Of a stretch of DNA of 64,000 bases, positions 53,036 through 63,199 are shown in pieces. The notes beneath the pieces were generated by a model. The model searched no databases. It worked only from the letters and a program-made list of their open reading frames with translations, and was not told the DNA's origin. Position numbers and translations under genes: made by a program. How positions within the stretch are numbered: the first letter of the stretch is position 1; every line of letters starts with the position of its first letter. This DNA comes from Escherichia coli (lineage in GTDB: Bacteria > Pseudomonadota > Gammaproteobacteria > Enterobacterales > Enterobacteriaceae), in NCBI GenBank assembly GCA_005400705.1, contig GCA_005400705.1_4079.1. One strand, given 5' to 3'.

Positions 53036-53514
53036 TTACAACAGAATATGATTACGATGGTGTTTTAGAATTTGCATCTAACATTCATCGCATTGCAAAG
53101 GAGTTCAGAAGTCCCCAACCTTTCGGTGGAATGCCTTTTGGTGGAATGTTCCAATATGACCAATTCAGTTCAACCAAAGGAAGACTTGCCTTTAAAAATA
53201 ATAAGGGCAATCAAGTATATGCTGAGTTCTTTGACGATAATGACTTTCACTACAGAGCTGAATATATTTCATATTGTCAAGGGTCTGATTTGAAGATTAA
53301 CATTGATACATTTAGAGATTCAGTGTTTATCCCTTATAGTGAGTTAGTTTTCATGACAGAAGAAATGTACTTCCAAGGGTCTTGTATTCATGATGCAAAA
53401 GTACTTAATGCTATATTACTTTATGGTGCACTACTTCATCATTACAAATACAAACAACGATTCTTTATAGATTTAGTTGTATACCATCAATGCGTGGATT
53501 ATTTGAATGCATAA
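53032..53514 (+). CDS. Family C protein
   Basis: 160 aa; core EEMYFQGSCIHD. Confidence 0.65.
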   Translation: MITTEYDYDGVLEFASNIHRIAKEFRSPQPFGGMPFGGMFQYDQFSSTKGRLAFKNNKGNQVYAEFFDDNDFHYRAEYISYCQGSDLKINIDTFRDSVFIPYSELVFMTEEMYFQGSCIHDAKVLNAILLYGALLHHYKYKQRFFIDLVVYHQCVDYLNA

Positions 53515-53869
53515 TACAACAACAATTCAGTACATGACGGATGGCAATGATTGCTTTGCTTCAAGATATGAATTCATCAAGAACCATTTCGTAACCTATA
53601 TCCCTGAATATAATCAGTTTTATCTACAGATTTACCAAAATGATTCATATATGAATGAGATATATTCTGAAATAAAAATCCCTGATTATAGTACTTTATC
53701 AGAAGAGGAATTGTTTCAGGAGAGCACTGTCAATACTGAAGATGTGTACGAACTAATGGAATACCAGAAGGTACTTAAATATTTCCATGAAGTTCAGGAT
53801 ATACAAATGGATAGTGTTAAAACGTGGAATTATAACACATACGAGGTAAATTATGTTCGAAATGATTAA
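53507..53869 (+). CDS. Family C protein
   Basis: 120 aa; core EELFQESTVNTE. Confidence 0.65.
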   Translation: MHNTTTIQYMTDGNDCFASRYEFIKNHFVTYIPEYNQFYLQIYQNDSYMNEIYSEIKIPDYSTLSEEELFQESTVNTEDVYELMEYQKVLKYFHEVQDIQMDSVKTWNYNTYEVNYVRND

Positions 53870-54266
53870 AATTATGCAACGATGCATTGTTGACCAACAT
53901 GGAATATATGGATATAGTTTAAGTGCAGCTATTGACAAAAACAAAACAACCTATGTAAGATATAATGCAGTACTTGGATTTGATATATTCATTGATGCTA
54001 ACAATAAAATCAAACAAGCTAAGGATGTGTCTATAATGACCCCTGACGAGTTATTTCAGTACAGCTTAGTTCTGCCCACCTGTATTGATTTACAACGCCT
54101 AGGAGCTATACAGAAGGTTTTACGCGAACATAAAGTACAACCAAATAAAATTACACACATCCCAGAAACATTCTACAAACCAATAGAAGTAGAAACACCT
54201 GATTATATGTTAAGTGATGATGAGTTCTACAAGAAACACTTCCCTGGTAAAGTTTGGAGAGAATAA
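53853..54266 (+). CDS. Family C protein
   Basis: 137 aa; core DELFQYSLVLP. Confidence 0.65.
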   Translation: MFEMIKIMQRCIVDQHGIYGYSLSAAIDKNKTTYVRYNAVLGFDIFIDANNKIKQAKDVSIMTPDELFQYSLVLPTCIDLQRLGAIQKVLREHKVQPNKITHIPETFYKPIEVETPDYMLSDDEFYKKHFPGKVWRE

Positions 54267-54748
54267 TGAACAGAAAGTACAGAGAAACTATGAAGTTCGC
54301 TAAGGAGTGTTTAGAGACAGTTGATTTCATTTTCGATAACAAAGACTCATTGGGTCGCCACTTCGTAATTACAAAGAAAGAAGATAAGAGATACAAATGT
54401 CAACGATTAGGATACAGTATTGAGTTCTCCTTAATGATTGACGGAATGATAAACTCCTTATATGAATGTGGTAAGACTGATTACATTTCATTTAGATCAT
54501 GGAGTGAAGGTATCATGTTCTTGAGAACAAATGGAGTTATATATCCTTTTATTGATGATTTATCAGAAGAAAGTTACTTTCAAAATACTTTAATTTACAC
54601 AGAAAAAGAACTCAAGATGCTATTCATTATGTCGTACTTTAAAAAGTACTGCAAATTTAAATCATTAGCTTTTGAGATTTCTGCAATGAAAGTATTCATT
54701 AAAAATGTAAAAGAATTAAAGAGGATTTACGATGTACATAGAAAATGA
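54254..54748 (+). CDS. Family C protein
   Basis: 164 aa; core EESYFQNTLIYTE. Confidence 0.65.
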   Translation: MERIMNRKYRETMKFAKECLETVDFIFDNKDSLGRHFVITKKEDKRYKCQRLGYSIEFSLMIDGMINSLYECGKTDYISFRSWSEGIMFLRTNGVIYPFIDDLSEESYFQNTLIYTEKELKMLFIMSYFKKYCKFKSLAFEISAMKVFIKNVKELKRIYDVHRK

Positions 54749-55274
54749 TAATGTAAAATGCATTACTGACATTTGTATAAAATTAATGAAAATTTTCATT
54801 AACCCAAAATACAAGACTCGTTCTTTACGTCATAACATTGATGATCATTGTGTAATTACTATTCTAGGTAGTATGCTTGATGTAAAATACGATGGTAAAT
54901 TGTTATTCGGTGTCCGAGAAGAGAAGATAGATGATGCATTCTTTTCCTGTAAAGATAAATTTGAACCTTCTGATTATAAAGTAATTATTCGTGATGATAG
55001 CATCTACATTAGTAGTGATTATTCAAATTACTTCGATAAAATATACACTGAAAACGTTGACTACCATTATGAAATGATAGATTTACCAGTAACAGACATT
55101 GATATGGAGAGAATCAAATTTTCATTATCAGATAATGAGTACTTAGGTATACAAACATATTATTCACTACAAGGAAAGATTCCACCTGCTATGTATATAA
55201 GGATTGAGATTGGTAATGTATTCAATGATAAGGTTATATCAATTGCTGATAAAATATTGAGGGTTGAATTATGA
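54732..55274 (+). CDS. Hypothetical protein (degenerate family C)
   Basis: 180 aa ORF in array, no FQ core. Confidence 0.5.
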   Translation: MYIENDNVKCITDICIKLMKIFINPKYKTRSLRHNIDDHCVITILGSMLDVKYDGKLLFGVREEKIDDAFFSCKDKFEPSDYKVIIRDDSIYISSDYSNYFDKIYTENVDYHYEMIDLPVTDIDMERIKFSLSDNEYLGIQTYYSLQGKIPPAMYIRIEIGNVFNDKVISIADKILRVEL

Positions 55275-55834
55275 ATATCAATGATTACCAATTTCATAGG
55301 CTTGAATTTCGTCATTGTGTTGCATTTGCAAAAACATTGATGTGCATCATTGACACTCTTTCATCCAAACAATTTCGTAAGGATAATGATTTATTTCTGA
55401 AAAAAGGTCGTGTAACATCAACTGATATCGGTATTGAACTATTTGTTGATATCAGTGTTGATACCGGAGACAGTACAAGGGTTGGTTGTATAGGTCATAT
55501 TGGTACACATTGCTTCACATGGAATCCAAATACAAGTCAAGTGCGAATTGATTATAGAAATTCACGTTGGGTTGATCTTAGTACTGAATCAGATTTAGAA
55601 TCAGCTATGTTCCAGCTAAGTTTAATTCATAATCCTAATGAACTTCTTTACATTATTACTTTCAGTTATCTGTTACAAAACTACGATAATCCATCAGGGT
55701 TTTTCATGGAATCGGATATAGAAGAAATTATGGCAGTGTTTCCTAGTTTAAAGGATATTCTGGAAGAAAAAGATTTCTATGAAGACTTCAGAGATTTATA
55801 CGACATGCACTTGGAGTTATTTAAGAATGGATAA
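55271..55834 (+). CDS. Family C protein
   Basis: 187 aa; core ESAMFQLSLIHN. Confidence 0.65.
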   Translation: MNINDYQFHRLEFRHCVAFAKTLMCIIDTLSSKQFRKDNDLFLKKGRVTSTDIGIELFVDISVDTGDSTRVGCIGHIGTHCFTWNPNTSQVRIDYRNSRWVDLSTESDLESAMFQLSLIHNPNELLYIITFSYLLQNYDNPSGFFMESDIEEIMAVFPSLKDILEEKDFYEDFRDLYDMHLELFKNG

Positions 55835-56345
55835 AGATGATATTCTAATTAGACTAATTAATAGTTTAATAAAGTTCTCAAATAATGATGTCGATACATA
55901 CAAAGTAGGGGATATTGAATTTAAATCATTTGGTATGTACGGTGAGGATAAAACATATTATGCGTCAATGAAATTTCAAGATTTTCACGAGATGTTAATA
56001 TCGTTATCATATGAAGATGTTGATCCAAGATGGAGTTCCAGTATTTCACTATCGAGAATGGTAATTCGTAGTAAGCATCGTTATATTTCGTCAAAGAATA
56101 CTCCTAACTTGATTAATATTGTGTTGAATGAAAATACAAATCCCCTATCTAAACATGATATCGTACCGTTAACCGATGAAGTTCTTTTTCAATTGAGTAC
56201 CATTTGTGATGAAGATGTGATATCATGTATGAAAATTTATGAGAAGGTTGGGAGTGATATTCCCATGAACTATTACCTAACTATAGATGGAACGTACCTT
56301 CGAGATGAGGTTCTAGCGTACATTGACAGTGTTTTACCAAAATAA
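55827..56345 (+). CDS. Family C protein
   Basis: Track ORF 55779-56345 trimmed to ATG 55827 (MDKDDILIRL); core DEVLFQLSTICDE. Confidence 0.6.
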   Translation: MDKDDILIRLINSLIKFSNNDVDTYKVGDIEFKSFGMYGEDKTYYASMKFQDFHEMLISLSYEDVDPRWSSSISLSRMVIRSKHRYISSKNTPNLINIVLNENTNPLSKHDIVPLTDEVLFQLSTICDEDVISCMKIYEKVGSDIPMNYYLTIDGTYLRDEVLAYIDSVLPK

Positions 56346-56368
56346 AGACCCGTATGGGTCTTTTTGTG
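56346..56368 (+). terminator. Rho-independent terminator inside the family C array
   Basis: agaccc-gtat-gggtct then ttttgtgttt. Confidence 0.6.
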
Positions 56369-56375
56369 TTTATGG

Positions 56376-56404
56376 CTTTACAAGAGCATTCAGGTGTGTT
56401 ATAC
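56376..56404 (+). promoter_or_regulatory. Internal sigma70-like promoter
   Basis: TTTACA 56376-56381, 17 nt, TATACT 56399-56404; SD ggagg before ATG 56433. Confidence 0.4.
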
Positions 56405-56432
56405 TTGATTTTAAATAGAGTTGGAGGAATCT

Positions 56433-56999
56433 ATGAGTACTGAATTAATTAAAGAAGTCACATTACTTCTGAAGCATTGTTTTAAGTTCATTCCTGATAC
56501 TGGTTCCCGCCAGTACATTAAAGTCAATGAGAAATATAACATCAATATCCTTGCATCCGAAACTGCAAGCAGTTATGCTAACATTGAGTTGGATTCTGAA
56601 GAAAAATATACAGTATTACAAATCATATCAGATGTACAACGTAAACAAGATTATCGTTCTTCATTTTACAACGATCATCTGTGTGTTTGCTCAAACTTCA
56701 GTGAGAATAAAATTGTGTATACGAATTTATACACACATGAAGTGATTGATACATATAATTATAAAATTTCATCTGATGAATACAATGTTCTAATGTTCAA
56801 CGCAAACCTTTTGTATGATGCCAGTACTGTACGCTGTTTAGAGTTAGCATATAAAATTCCAAAGATCATGGAAAGAAAAGATTTGATTCACTTTAAAACT
56901 ATTTTAAAATACAGTACAAAAGAATTAGAGGATTTAGTACAGGCTCTTAAGAATTTCATTAATGAACATGTACCTGTTAAATTCGAGGATGCACAATGA
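56433..56999 (+). CDS. Family C-like protein (degenerate core)
   Basis: Track ORF trimmed to ATG 56433 (MSTELIKE) after SD ggagg; DEYNVLMFNANLLYD. Confidence 0.55.
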   Translation: MSTELIKEVTLLLKHCFKFIPDTGSRQYIKVNEKYNINILASETASSYANIELDSEEKYTVLQIISDVQRKQDYRSSFYNDHLCVCSNFSENKIVYTNLYTHEVIDTYNYKISSDEYNVLMFNANLLYDASTVRCLELAYKIPKIMERKDLIHFKTILKYSTKELEDLVQALKNFINEHVPVKFEDAQ

Positions 57000-57580
57000 A
57001 CCATATCAGAACTAAAATTTTGAGACTCATGCATGACATTGCAGAACTTTCAGAGATTCATGACATTACGGAAATTGTTGAATTTGATAATTATCGACTG
57101 AAAATTGAAAACAAATCCAAACATCGTTTTGGTTCAGTTCAGTTGGATGTATATAAAACTTATGAATTTTCTAAAAAAATTAAAAGTTCATGGGATACGA
57201 TTACTATGTACATTCGCACATCCAGAAATCGTGAACGTATTGGTTCTATTTCTTATAATATGGTATTTGCGAATGCATTACATGAAAAAATGAATAAAAT
57301 TGTAGAATCTAATTTCAGTGAAGATGATGGTTTTATTGGTTTGGAAGTTCCACCAGAATTAGACCAAAGTGAAGATATTCGAGATGCATTCATTTTCCAG
57401 AAATCATTGTTGGACAATTACAAAGAATTCGAGTACTTAATGCTTTGTTACGATACTGCAAAAGTTCTTGATTGTGGTGAACTAGTTATGTACAATGATT
57501 TTATCAATTGCAAGACTGATGTTCTGAATACACTACTTCAAAATATAGAATCTGTTAAGGAAAAATATGAACGCTTATAG
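56996..57580 (+). CDS. Family C protein
   Basis: 194 aa; core RDAFIFQKSLLDN. Confidence 0.65.
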   Translation: MNHIRTKILRLMHDIAELSEIHDITEIVEFDNYRLKIENKSKHRFGSVQLDVYKTYEFSKKIKSSWDTITMYIRTSRNRERIGSISYNMVFANALHEKMNKIVESNFSEDDGFIGLEVPPELDQSEDIRDAFIFQKSLLDNYKEFEYLMLCYDTAKVLDCGELVMYNDFINCKTDVLNTLLQNIESVKEKYERL

Positions 57581-58145
57581 TTATATGACAGAACGCCATC
57601 AGTTATTATATGATATCAGTAAAAAAATGCTATCAATTGTTGGTAGTGCGAAAGAAATTGAAAAACAATCTCTCATCCGTGATGTAGCAATTTCATCTAA
57701 ATGTTGGTCAAATGAATATTACGACCACGGTATTCTTACTATTTCTGGGGCCAGAAATATTTGTATTGTAAAAAATAAAAGTAAAAGTAATGAAGAGTGT
57801 GAGATTAGAACCGATATACAAATTAAGGATGATGGAAGTTTTTCACATCACCCATTCCATATTAGTACTGTTGGTGTTTTATATAATATTAAAGTTCTAT
57901 TCGGTGATGAAGAGTATGTGTTAAAAGCTATCAATCCAGATTCAAGTACAGTTGAAGAAGAACTGTTCCAGATGAGCACTGTTATACCTGAAGAGGTTCT
58001 TAGTACTGTTATTTTTTGTAGTTTAATTTATCATGAATACAAAAAGAACCAGTTCGATTTCCACATGTTAGGAACGTACATCTTCAATAATTTGAATGTA
58101 GATCGTTTAAAAGCATTAAATTCAGCAATGGATAAGGTGCTATAA
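57567..58145 (+). CDS. Family C protein
   Basis: 192 aa; core EEELFQMSTVIPE. Confidence 0.65.
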   Translation: MNAYSYMTERHQLLYDISKKMLSIVGSAKEIEKQSLIRDVAISSKCWSNEYYDHGILTISGARNICIVKNKSKSNEECEIRTDIQIKDDGSFSHHPFHISTVGVLYNIKVLFGDEEYVLKAINPDSSTVEEELFQMSTVIPEEVLSTVIFCSLIYHEYKKNQFDFHMLGTYIFNNLNVDRLKALNSAMDKVL

Positions 58146-58573
58146 TGACAAGAGATGATTGTTTGTACATATGGGATATAATTGAAACTACACTTTCAAA
58201 TCCAGAAAATTATAAAACACAAAAAAGACAACGACACAAAACATGGATAGATTTGTTCGTTGAGGACATACACGCAGTGACTATTTGGGATTCACCGAGG
58301 ACATCAGCATCTACTCTGTTGGACAATGAATGCATTGATTGTATTAATTCCACTTTTCATCTCCACGGTACTACAATTTTTGGTACATTTCTGGATATTG
58401 AAAGTAAAGATGATATTGATTCACTTGCGTTACAATACCAAGTACTGTATAATACTAAATTAATTTACGATTTAGTACTAGCTTCTTATGTGTATAAATT
58501 AATGATGAAATATAATCATATTTCTGTTTCAGTTTATACTAAGGATATTCTTTCATTAAGAGACAAAACATGA
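58145..58573 (+). CDS. Family C-like protein (degenerate core)
   Basis: 142 aa; SLALQYQVLYN. Confidence 0.5.
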   Translation: MTRDDCLYIWDIIETTLSNPENYKTQKRQRHKTWIDLFVEDIHAVTIWDSPRTSASTLLDNECIDCINSTFHLHGTTIFGTFLDIESKDDIDSLALQYQVLYNTKLIYDLVLASYVYKLMMKYNHISVSVYTKDILSLRDKT

Positions 58574-59079
58574 GTTTATTAAATGCACGCGAATTGGTTG
58601 AGATGTATGAGATTTTGTCTTCATATAAAAATTCTCATGGAGATGTGATTCTCGACAAAAAGTTCCATGTCAGTGTTGAAAATATATCAAATATAGATAT
58701 GATTTCTTTGGTGGAAAGTAATAAGTCAGGTCTTGAACGCGATATCATGCGTTTGATTTATATTCCCAAACCATCATATACTAATGATAGTTCAATTAGT
58801 AATGAGACATTCATGTATAGTCCTGGTACGGATTCTACTATAGTATCGCTGTCCAATAAATCAATGGGTACTTTCCAATTCATCTATACCAGTACTGATA
58901 ACATTGAAGAAATTGAATTTCAAAACAATACATTAAGTCCATGTAGTAGTGTTATAACCTTTATGTCATATCTATGGTCAACTAAAACAAGTGCTGTTGT
59001 ATATAGTTCAAATTATACACAAGATAGTATTGTTGAATCATATAAAGTTCTAAAGGAATACTATGAAAATAACAAATGA
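58570..59079 (+). CDS. Family C protein
   Basis: 169 aa; core EEIEFQNNTLSP. Confidence 0.6.
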   Translation: MSLLNARELVEMYEILSSYKNSHGDVILDKKFHVSVENISNIDMISLVESNKSGLERDIMRLIYIPKPSYTNDSSISNETFMYSPGTDSTIVSLSNKSMGTFQFIYTSTDNIEEIEFQNNTLSPCSSVITFMSYLWSTKTSAVVYSSNYTQDSIVESYKVLKEYYENNK

Positions 59080-59644
59080 TTTTATTAAAAGTGTAGTACA
59101 CCCTATGCTTAGTATTATGAAAAAAATACAGAATCTACCGGAAGATAACGATTACAAGTTTAATCGTTTTGATTCAGATGTGTTTTGTATTGAAATTGAA
59201 ATTAATAACAATCGCAATTTACATTTAAAATTCAAAGAATCGTCAAGTCCGTACTACAACTTTGATATGAATTTTAAAATAGATACTGACATTGAAGAAA
59301 ACGTAATATCAAATCATACTAGCAAAAATGGTTTTATGCATAGAACTACTATGTACAATAATAAAAATAGTATTATATCTAAATGGAATCATCAATTCAC
59401 TAAAATTTGTGAAATTGTATATAGTGATTTTGGTGAAGAGAATTACTTTCAGTTAAGTACAATTCATGAACTTCCACCGTATGATTATGTTAAAACATGG
59501 TTTGATATTCATAATATAATTGATGATGCAATCAAACTTCCATTTGGTGTGTCAATATCATATACTGCTCCTAAAACATTTGTTTTTACTGAAGATATGA
59601 TTATGAAAAAGATATGGGCAATTATCCCACTTATGATGGATTAA
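59063..59644 (+). CDS. Family C protein
   Basis: 193 aa; core EENYFQLSTIHE. Confidence 0.65.
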   Translation: MKITNDFIKSVVHPMLSIMKKIQNLPEDNDYKFNRFDSDVFCIEIEINNNRNLHLKFKESSSPYYNFDMNFKIDTDIEENVISNHTSKNGFMHRTTMYNNKNSIISKWNHQFTKICEIVYSDFGEENYFQLSTIHELPPYDYVKTWFDIHNIIDDAIKLPFGVSISYTAPKTFVFTEDMIMKKIWAIIPLMMD

Positions 59645-59658
59645 ATTCGTACCAGGGG

Positions 59659-59687
59659 TTGACTCTGGTATTTTTGTATGATACATT
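59659..59687 (+). promoter_or_regulatory. Candidate internal promoter
   Basis: TTGACT 59659-59664, 17 nt, TACATT 59682-59687; overlapping inverted repeat accag/ctggt. Confidence 0.3.
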
Positions 59688-59705
59688 GTCCTAAAGGAGA
59701 ATTTT

Positions 59706-60257
59706 ATGAACTACAATCATGATCTTTTTACATTATGTGCATCCAAATGTGTTGATGGATGGACAGATAAAATCAATACCATAATTCATCGATATCTGGT
59801 CTTTAGTTCTCGTGCACGAAGTGAGGGGGCTATGGATTTCAAATATACACTATCTATTGATGGTGTAACTATCCATGCAGACGAAGAACGTCTGAGCATT
59901 AATTTGTATGATTCCTGTGTATTTGCTATTCACCAAAAGATGGGGAAAGGATGGGGTTGTAATAACATTAACTCAAAAGCTATCTTTTGGGTTGGTCACC
60001 ACCAGACAGTACTTGATCCTTCAATCAAATCTAATCTTTTATCCGATAATATGGTTTATGATTTATTGTACTCCGAAGAACAACATTTTCAGTTAAGTAC
60101 ATTACATGATCTGGCACAGTACGAGGATTGTTACAAAACATTAGAACTATGCCATTCCCTTGAACTTAAAGATAAATTGATACAAGTTTACCCTTCATTC
60201 TTTCATGAAGAAGTACAAAGTACACTAGATCATATTTTATATGGATACGATAAATGA
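59706..60257 (+). CDS. Family C protein
   Basis: 183 aa; core EEQHFQLSTLHD. Confidence 0.65.
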   Translation: MNYNHDLFTLCASKCVDGWTDKINTIIHRYLVFSSRARSEGAMDFKYTLSIDGVTIHADEERLSINLYDSCVFAIHQKMGKGWGCNNINSKAIFWVGHHQTVLDPSIKSNLLSDNMVYDLLYSEEQHFQLSTLHDLAQYEDCYKTLELCHSLELKDKLIQVYPSFFHEEVQSTLDHILYGYDK

Positions 60258-60856
60258 GAAAAAGTTATCAAGAAGCTATTGACTTAATTCGTGAAGTTAT
60301 CAAGGTGGCTCCTGCTGCTATTGAGTTCAAGAAGTCCATATACAAGAAGTATGGTTCAATGTCGAGTATGTGCTTTCAAAAGAAACGTAGAGCATTCACT
60401 ACCCAGTACTGGAATGATTCTATCATCCTGAGCAATGAGACTCAGCGTATTTTAACACTAGAATCTGAACCTAATGAGTACGGGGAAGGGAACATTTGTG
60501 TACCTGATTATGATGAAATTAACTTCAACTGCGGTGATTTTGAAACAACATTATTACTTCATGAGGGTTATCCAGAAGGTGATGTATTAGCTGAGTACAA
60601 TCCAAAAACTAAAATTCTCAAAAGAGGAATCCAGTTCACTATTAATAACAAAGATGATGTTCAAGCAGCACTGATGCAACTGAGTACAAGTGAACCTATC
60701 ACTATTAGTGTAGAAGAGTTATGGGGAATTATTTCAGTACTCAATGAGTGCTATAAAGTAAAATCATTGCGTAAACACAGCATTATATTACATACCAATA
60801 TGGCAAATATAAAATGTAAGCACATTCAAGAAATGGTGGTTCCAGATGGACTTTAA
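60254..60856 (+). CDS. Family C-like protein
   Basis: 200 aa; core QAALMQLSTSEP. Confidence 0.55.
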   Translation: MRKSYQEAIDLIREVIKVAPAAIEFKKSIYKKYGSMSSMCFQKKRRAFTTQYWNDSIILSNETQRILTLESEPNEYGEGNICVPDYDEINFNCGDFETTLLLHEGYPEGDVLAEYNPKTKILKRGIQFTINNKDDVQAALMQLSTSEPITISVEELWGIISVLNECYKVKSLRKHSIILHTNMANIKCKHIQEMVVPDGL

Positions 60857-61430
60857 AGAAATTGAAAGTAAATTAAAGTACTTCAAAGATATCAAACTTC
60901 TTTGGGAAAAGTATAAAGTTGATTACAATTTCAGTGATGATGACACTGTAAAAACAATTGAGATTAATATCAAAATCAAGTTCAAGAATAATAATTATGG
61001 TGAAGTAACCTTAAATCATACTGGTATATCACTCAAGGACTATGATGGTTCAACACTCGCATATTTTGACTTCACACCAGAACCAGGTGAAACACTACTT
61101 AGTGAGATAAATTCCTATGACATGGAAGTGTTCGGCGGGAATCCGTTACTGTTCCGACTTTCTGAAGATTGGAGTGAAGAATACTACACTTACAAAGATG
61201 GTGTAGTACTTGACATTAATGGTGAAGTTGTGAATGACTTGGAAGAACGCTTGTTCCAAGAATTGTGTGTTTCAAATACTTCATATGCATACAATCATAT
61301 CCTTGACATGTTTGATTTATATAGTAAAATAGATGCTGAAATGAATGCACATGGTATTCATTATCTTACAATCAACGACTATGCTCAACTTGAAACTGTA
61401 GTGAAAGCATTGACTAAAGTACTGAAATAG
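60846..61430 (+). CDS. Family C protein
   Basis: 194 aa; core EERLFQELCVSN. Confidence 0.6.
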   Translation: MDFKEIESKLKYFKDIKLLWEKYKVDYNFSDDDTVKTIEINIKIKFKNNNYGEVTLNHTGISLKDYDGSTLAYFDFTPEPGETLLSEINSYDMEVFGGNPLLFRLSEDWSEEYYTYKDGVVLDINGEVVNDLEERLFQELCVSNTSYAYNHILDMFDLYSKIDAEMNAHGIHYLTINDYAQLETVVKALTKVLK

Positions 61431-61439
61431 GAATGAAAT

Positions 61440-61853
61440 ATGAAACTGTATCATGCGAGTACTGTAAAAATTGATAACTTTTATATCCCGTATGGTGGTC
61501 TTCATATGGGAGGTAAACACAGTGCTTTGGAAGCTGCATTACGCAAGCTCAGAAGTCCACTGAACGTAGTAGACGCATGTACAGTATACTTGCATACCTT
61601 AGAAGTTGATGTTGATAACGTGCTTCTGTGTGAAGATTTAGGCAGTGATGATGAGTGGCGTTCACTTATTGAGAATTGCACTGCTCAAGGTTATGATGCT
61701 GTTCAGTACAAAAATGATTACGAGCCAGACAATGTTCCTAGTTTTATGATTTGGGATGCATCTAAAGTTCGCATCATTGAAGTTGATGCTATGCATATGG
61801 ATGAAGCTGAAATGATTATCGAAGATTTTCTTGATGAATATGAAGGTGTATAA
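61440..61853 (+). CDS. Hypothetical protein
   Basis: 137 aa ORF without family core. Confidence 0.5.
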   Translation: MKLYHASTVKIDNFYIPYGGLHMGGKHSALEAALRKLRSPLNVVDACTVYLHTLEVDVDNVLLCEDLGSDDEWRSLIENCTAQGYDAVQYKNDYEPDNVPSFMIWDASKVRIIEVDAMHMDEAEMIIEDFLDEYEGV

Positions 61854-62371
61854 TGATTGAACCTATGACAGTACTAGCACGTACTAAATTATTATTGAGG
61901 ATTGGTGAGATATTCACTGATATTTTGTACAGTGGGATTGATATACTTGAATTAGGCATTAAGCAACCGTGGGAATTAACCAAGTTCTCTGCGTTCCATC
62001 GTTTATCCTATAAAGGGGAAACGGTTCTTGACTTGAACCCCAAAGCCAGATTCATGGACTATGCAGCTTTATATGGAACATGTGGAGGAATAACAAATGA
62101 TTTCAAAGAAATTAAAGTTCAAACAGCGTCACATGAATTTAATGATTTATTATATCCAGAATTTAAGTTAACAGAAGAATCATTCTTCCAGTACTCATTG
62201 ATTTTAAAAGATCTTAATGATTTAGAGTACTACAAAGAGTTAGTAGATATTTTTATTAATACACGACTTTCAAAAGATATTGTGATATTCTGGTATACAG
62301 AGCATGTTACGGAGGAATTGCTTACTGAATTTCTTCTAAATATGACAGCTATAAAGGAGAAGTTATGTTAG
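61853..62371 (+). CDS. Family C protein
   Basis: 172 aa; core EESFFQYSLILKD. Confidence 0.65.
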   Translation: MIEPMTVLARTKLLLRIGEIFTDILYSGIDILELGIKQPWELTKFSAFHRLSYKGETVLDLNPKARFMDYAALYGTCGGITNDFKEIKVQTASHEFNDLLYPEFKLTEESFFQYSLILKDLNDLEYYKELVDIFINTRLSKDIVIFWYTEHVTEELLTEFLLNMTAIKEKLC

Positions 62372-62838
62372 ATATTTTAGGAAACATCGACACTGCAAAT
62401 TATTTTATTCAAGATGCATTGTTTAATACAGTACAACAAGGTTTAGAAGTTCACCACAATGTTTATCAGGGTGATGGATATTTTGTTGATATTATCGAGA
62501 CACGTAAAAATACATTTAATGTTAACATTACGACGCTTGGAAGACAGAACATTGCACGAATTTTAGTAAGTAAAGATGAAATAGTACTGAGATACAGTGC
62601 TAAGTTTATGTTGACTTATAAGAAAAAAACTGATATGTTCAGTACTAATTTATTTGATGAGCCATTTGACCTTGAAGATATTGAAGCTACTTTCTTTACT
62701 CAAAGTACTATGGTAAAATACACTGATGTTCAATTTTCTGCTGATGTAATGTCAGAAACATTACAAATGATCAAGGTATTATTTTATGCATTTGAGCAAT
62801 TTAGAGAAGAAAGAAACAAGGTTAACAACCACAGATGA
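62365..62838 (+). CDS. Family C-like protein
   Basis: 157 aa; core EATFFTQSTMVKY. Confidence 0.55.
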   Translation: MLDILGNIDTANYFIQDALFNTVQQGLEVHHNVYQGDGYFVDIIETRKNTFNVNITTLGRQNIARILVSKDEIVLRYSAKFMLTYKKKTDMFSTNLFDEPFDLEDIEATFFTQSTMVKYTDVQFSADVMSETLQMIKVLFYAFEQFREERNKVNNHR

Positions 62839-63199
62839 ACTAATAGAGGCGATCACTAAGGAGTCAAAATACCATAAAGGTATTCGTCTATACTTTATAG
62901 ATACTGGTTCGATGGAAGGTACATACATTTATGGTTCACAATCGTTGTCTTATGATGCAATGCCAAATAAACATGTTAAAATCTTTTTAGGTTCAAGTAA
63001 TAAAACTTTCTTGACAATTAATGATAGCAGTGTTATTATGAATTCGTTGGGTCATGATAAGGTGGAAATTGATCTAAACACGCTGGAGGATATTGATTTT
63101 TTTCAATACGAGTGTTTAGGTGTTGACTTACATGGCATTAGTAGCGATATGATAAAATCATTAATCAAATATTTCGAAGGTGTTCATAAATGTATCTAA
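62786..63199 (+). CDS. Family C-like protein (start uncertain)
   Basis: 137 aa; core DIDFFQYECLGVD; 52 nt overlap with previous ORF. Confidence 0.5.
   Translation: MHLSNLEKKETRLTTTDELIEAITKESKYHKGIRLYFIDTGSMEGTYIYGSQSLSYDAMPNKHVKIFLGSSNKTFLTINDSSVIMNSLGHDKVEIDLNTLEDIDFFQYECLGVDLHGISSDMIKSLIKYFEGVHKCI

Noticed and set aside
39019-61520. Minus-strand and alternative-frame ORFs inside the family C array (for example 39019-39201, 40355-40537, 45857-46147, 47167-47424, 53753-53944, 61317-61520)
   Set aside because: Embedded in plus-strand family genes, AT-rich and low complexity.
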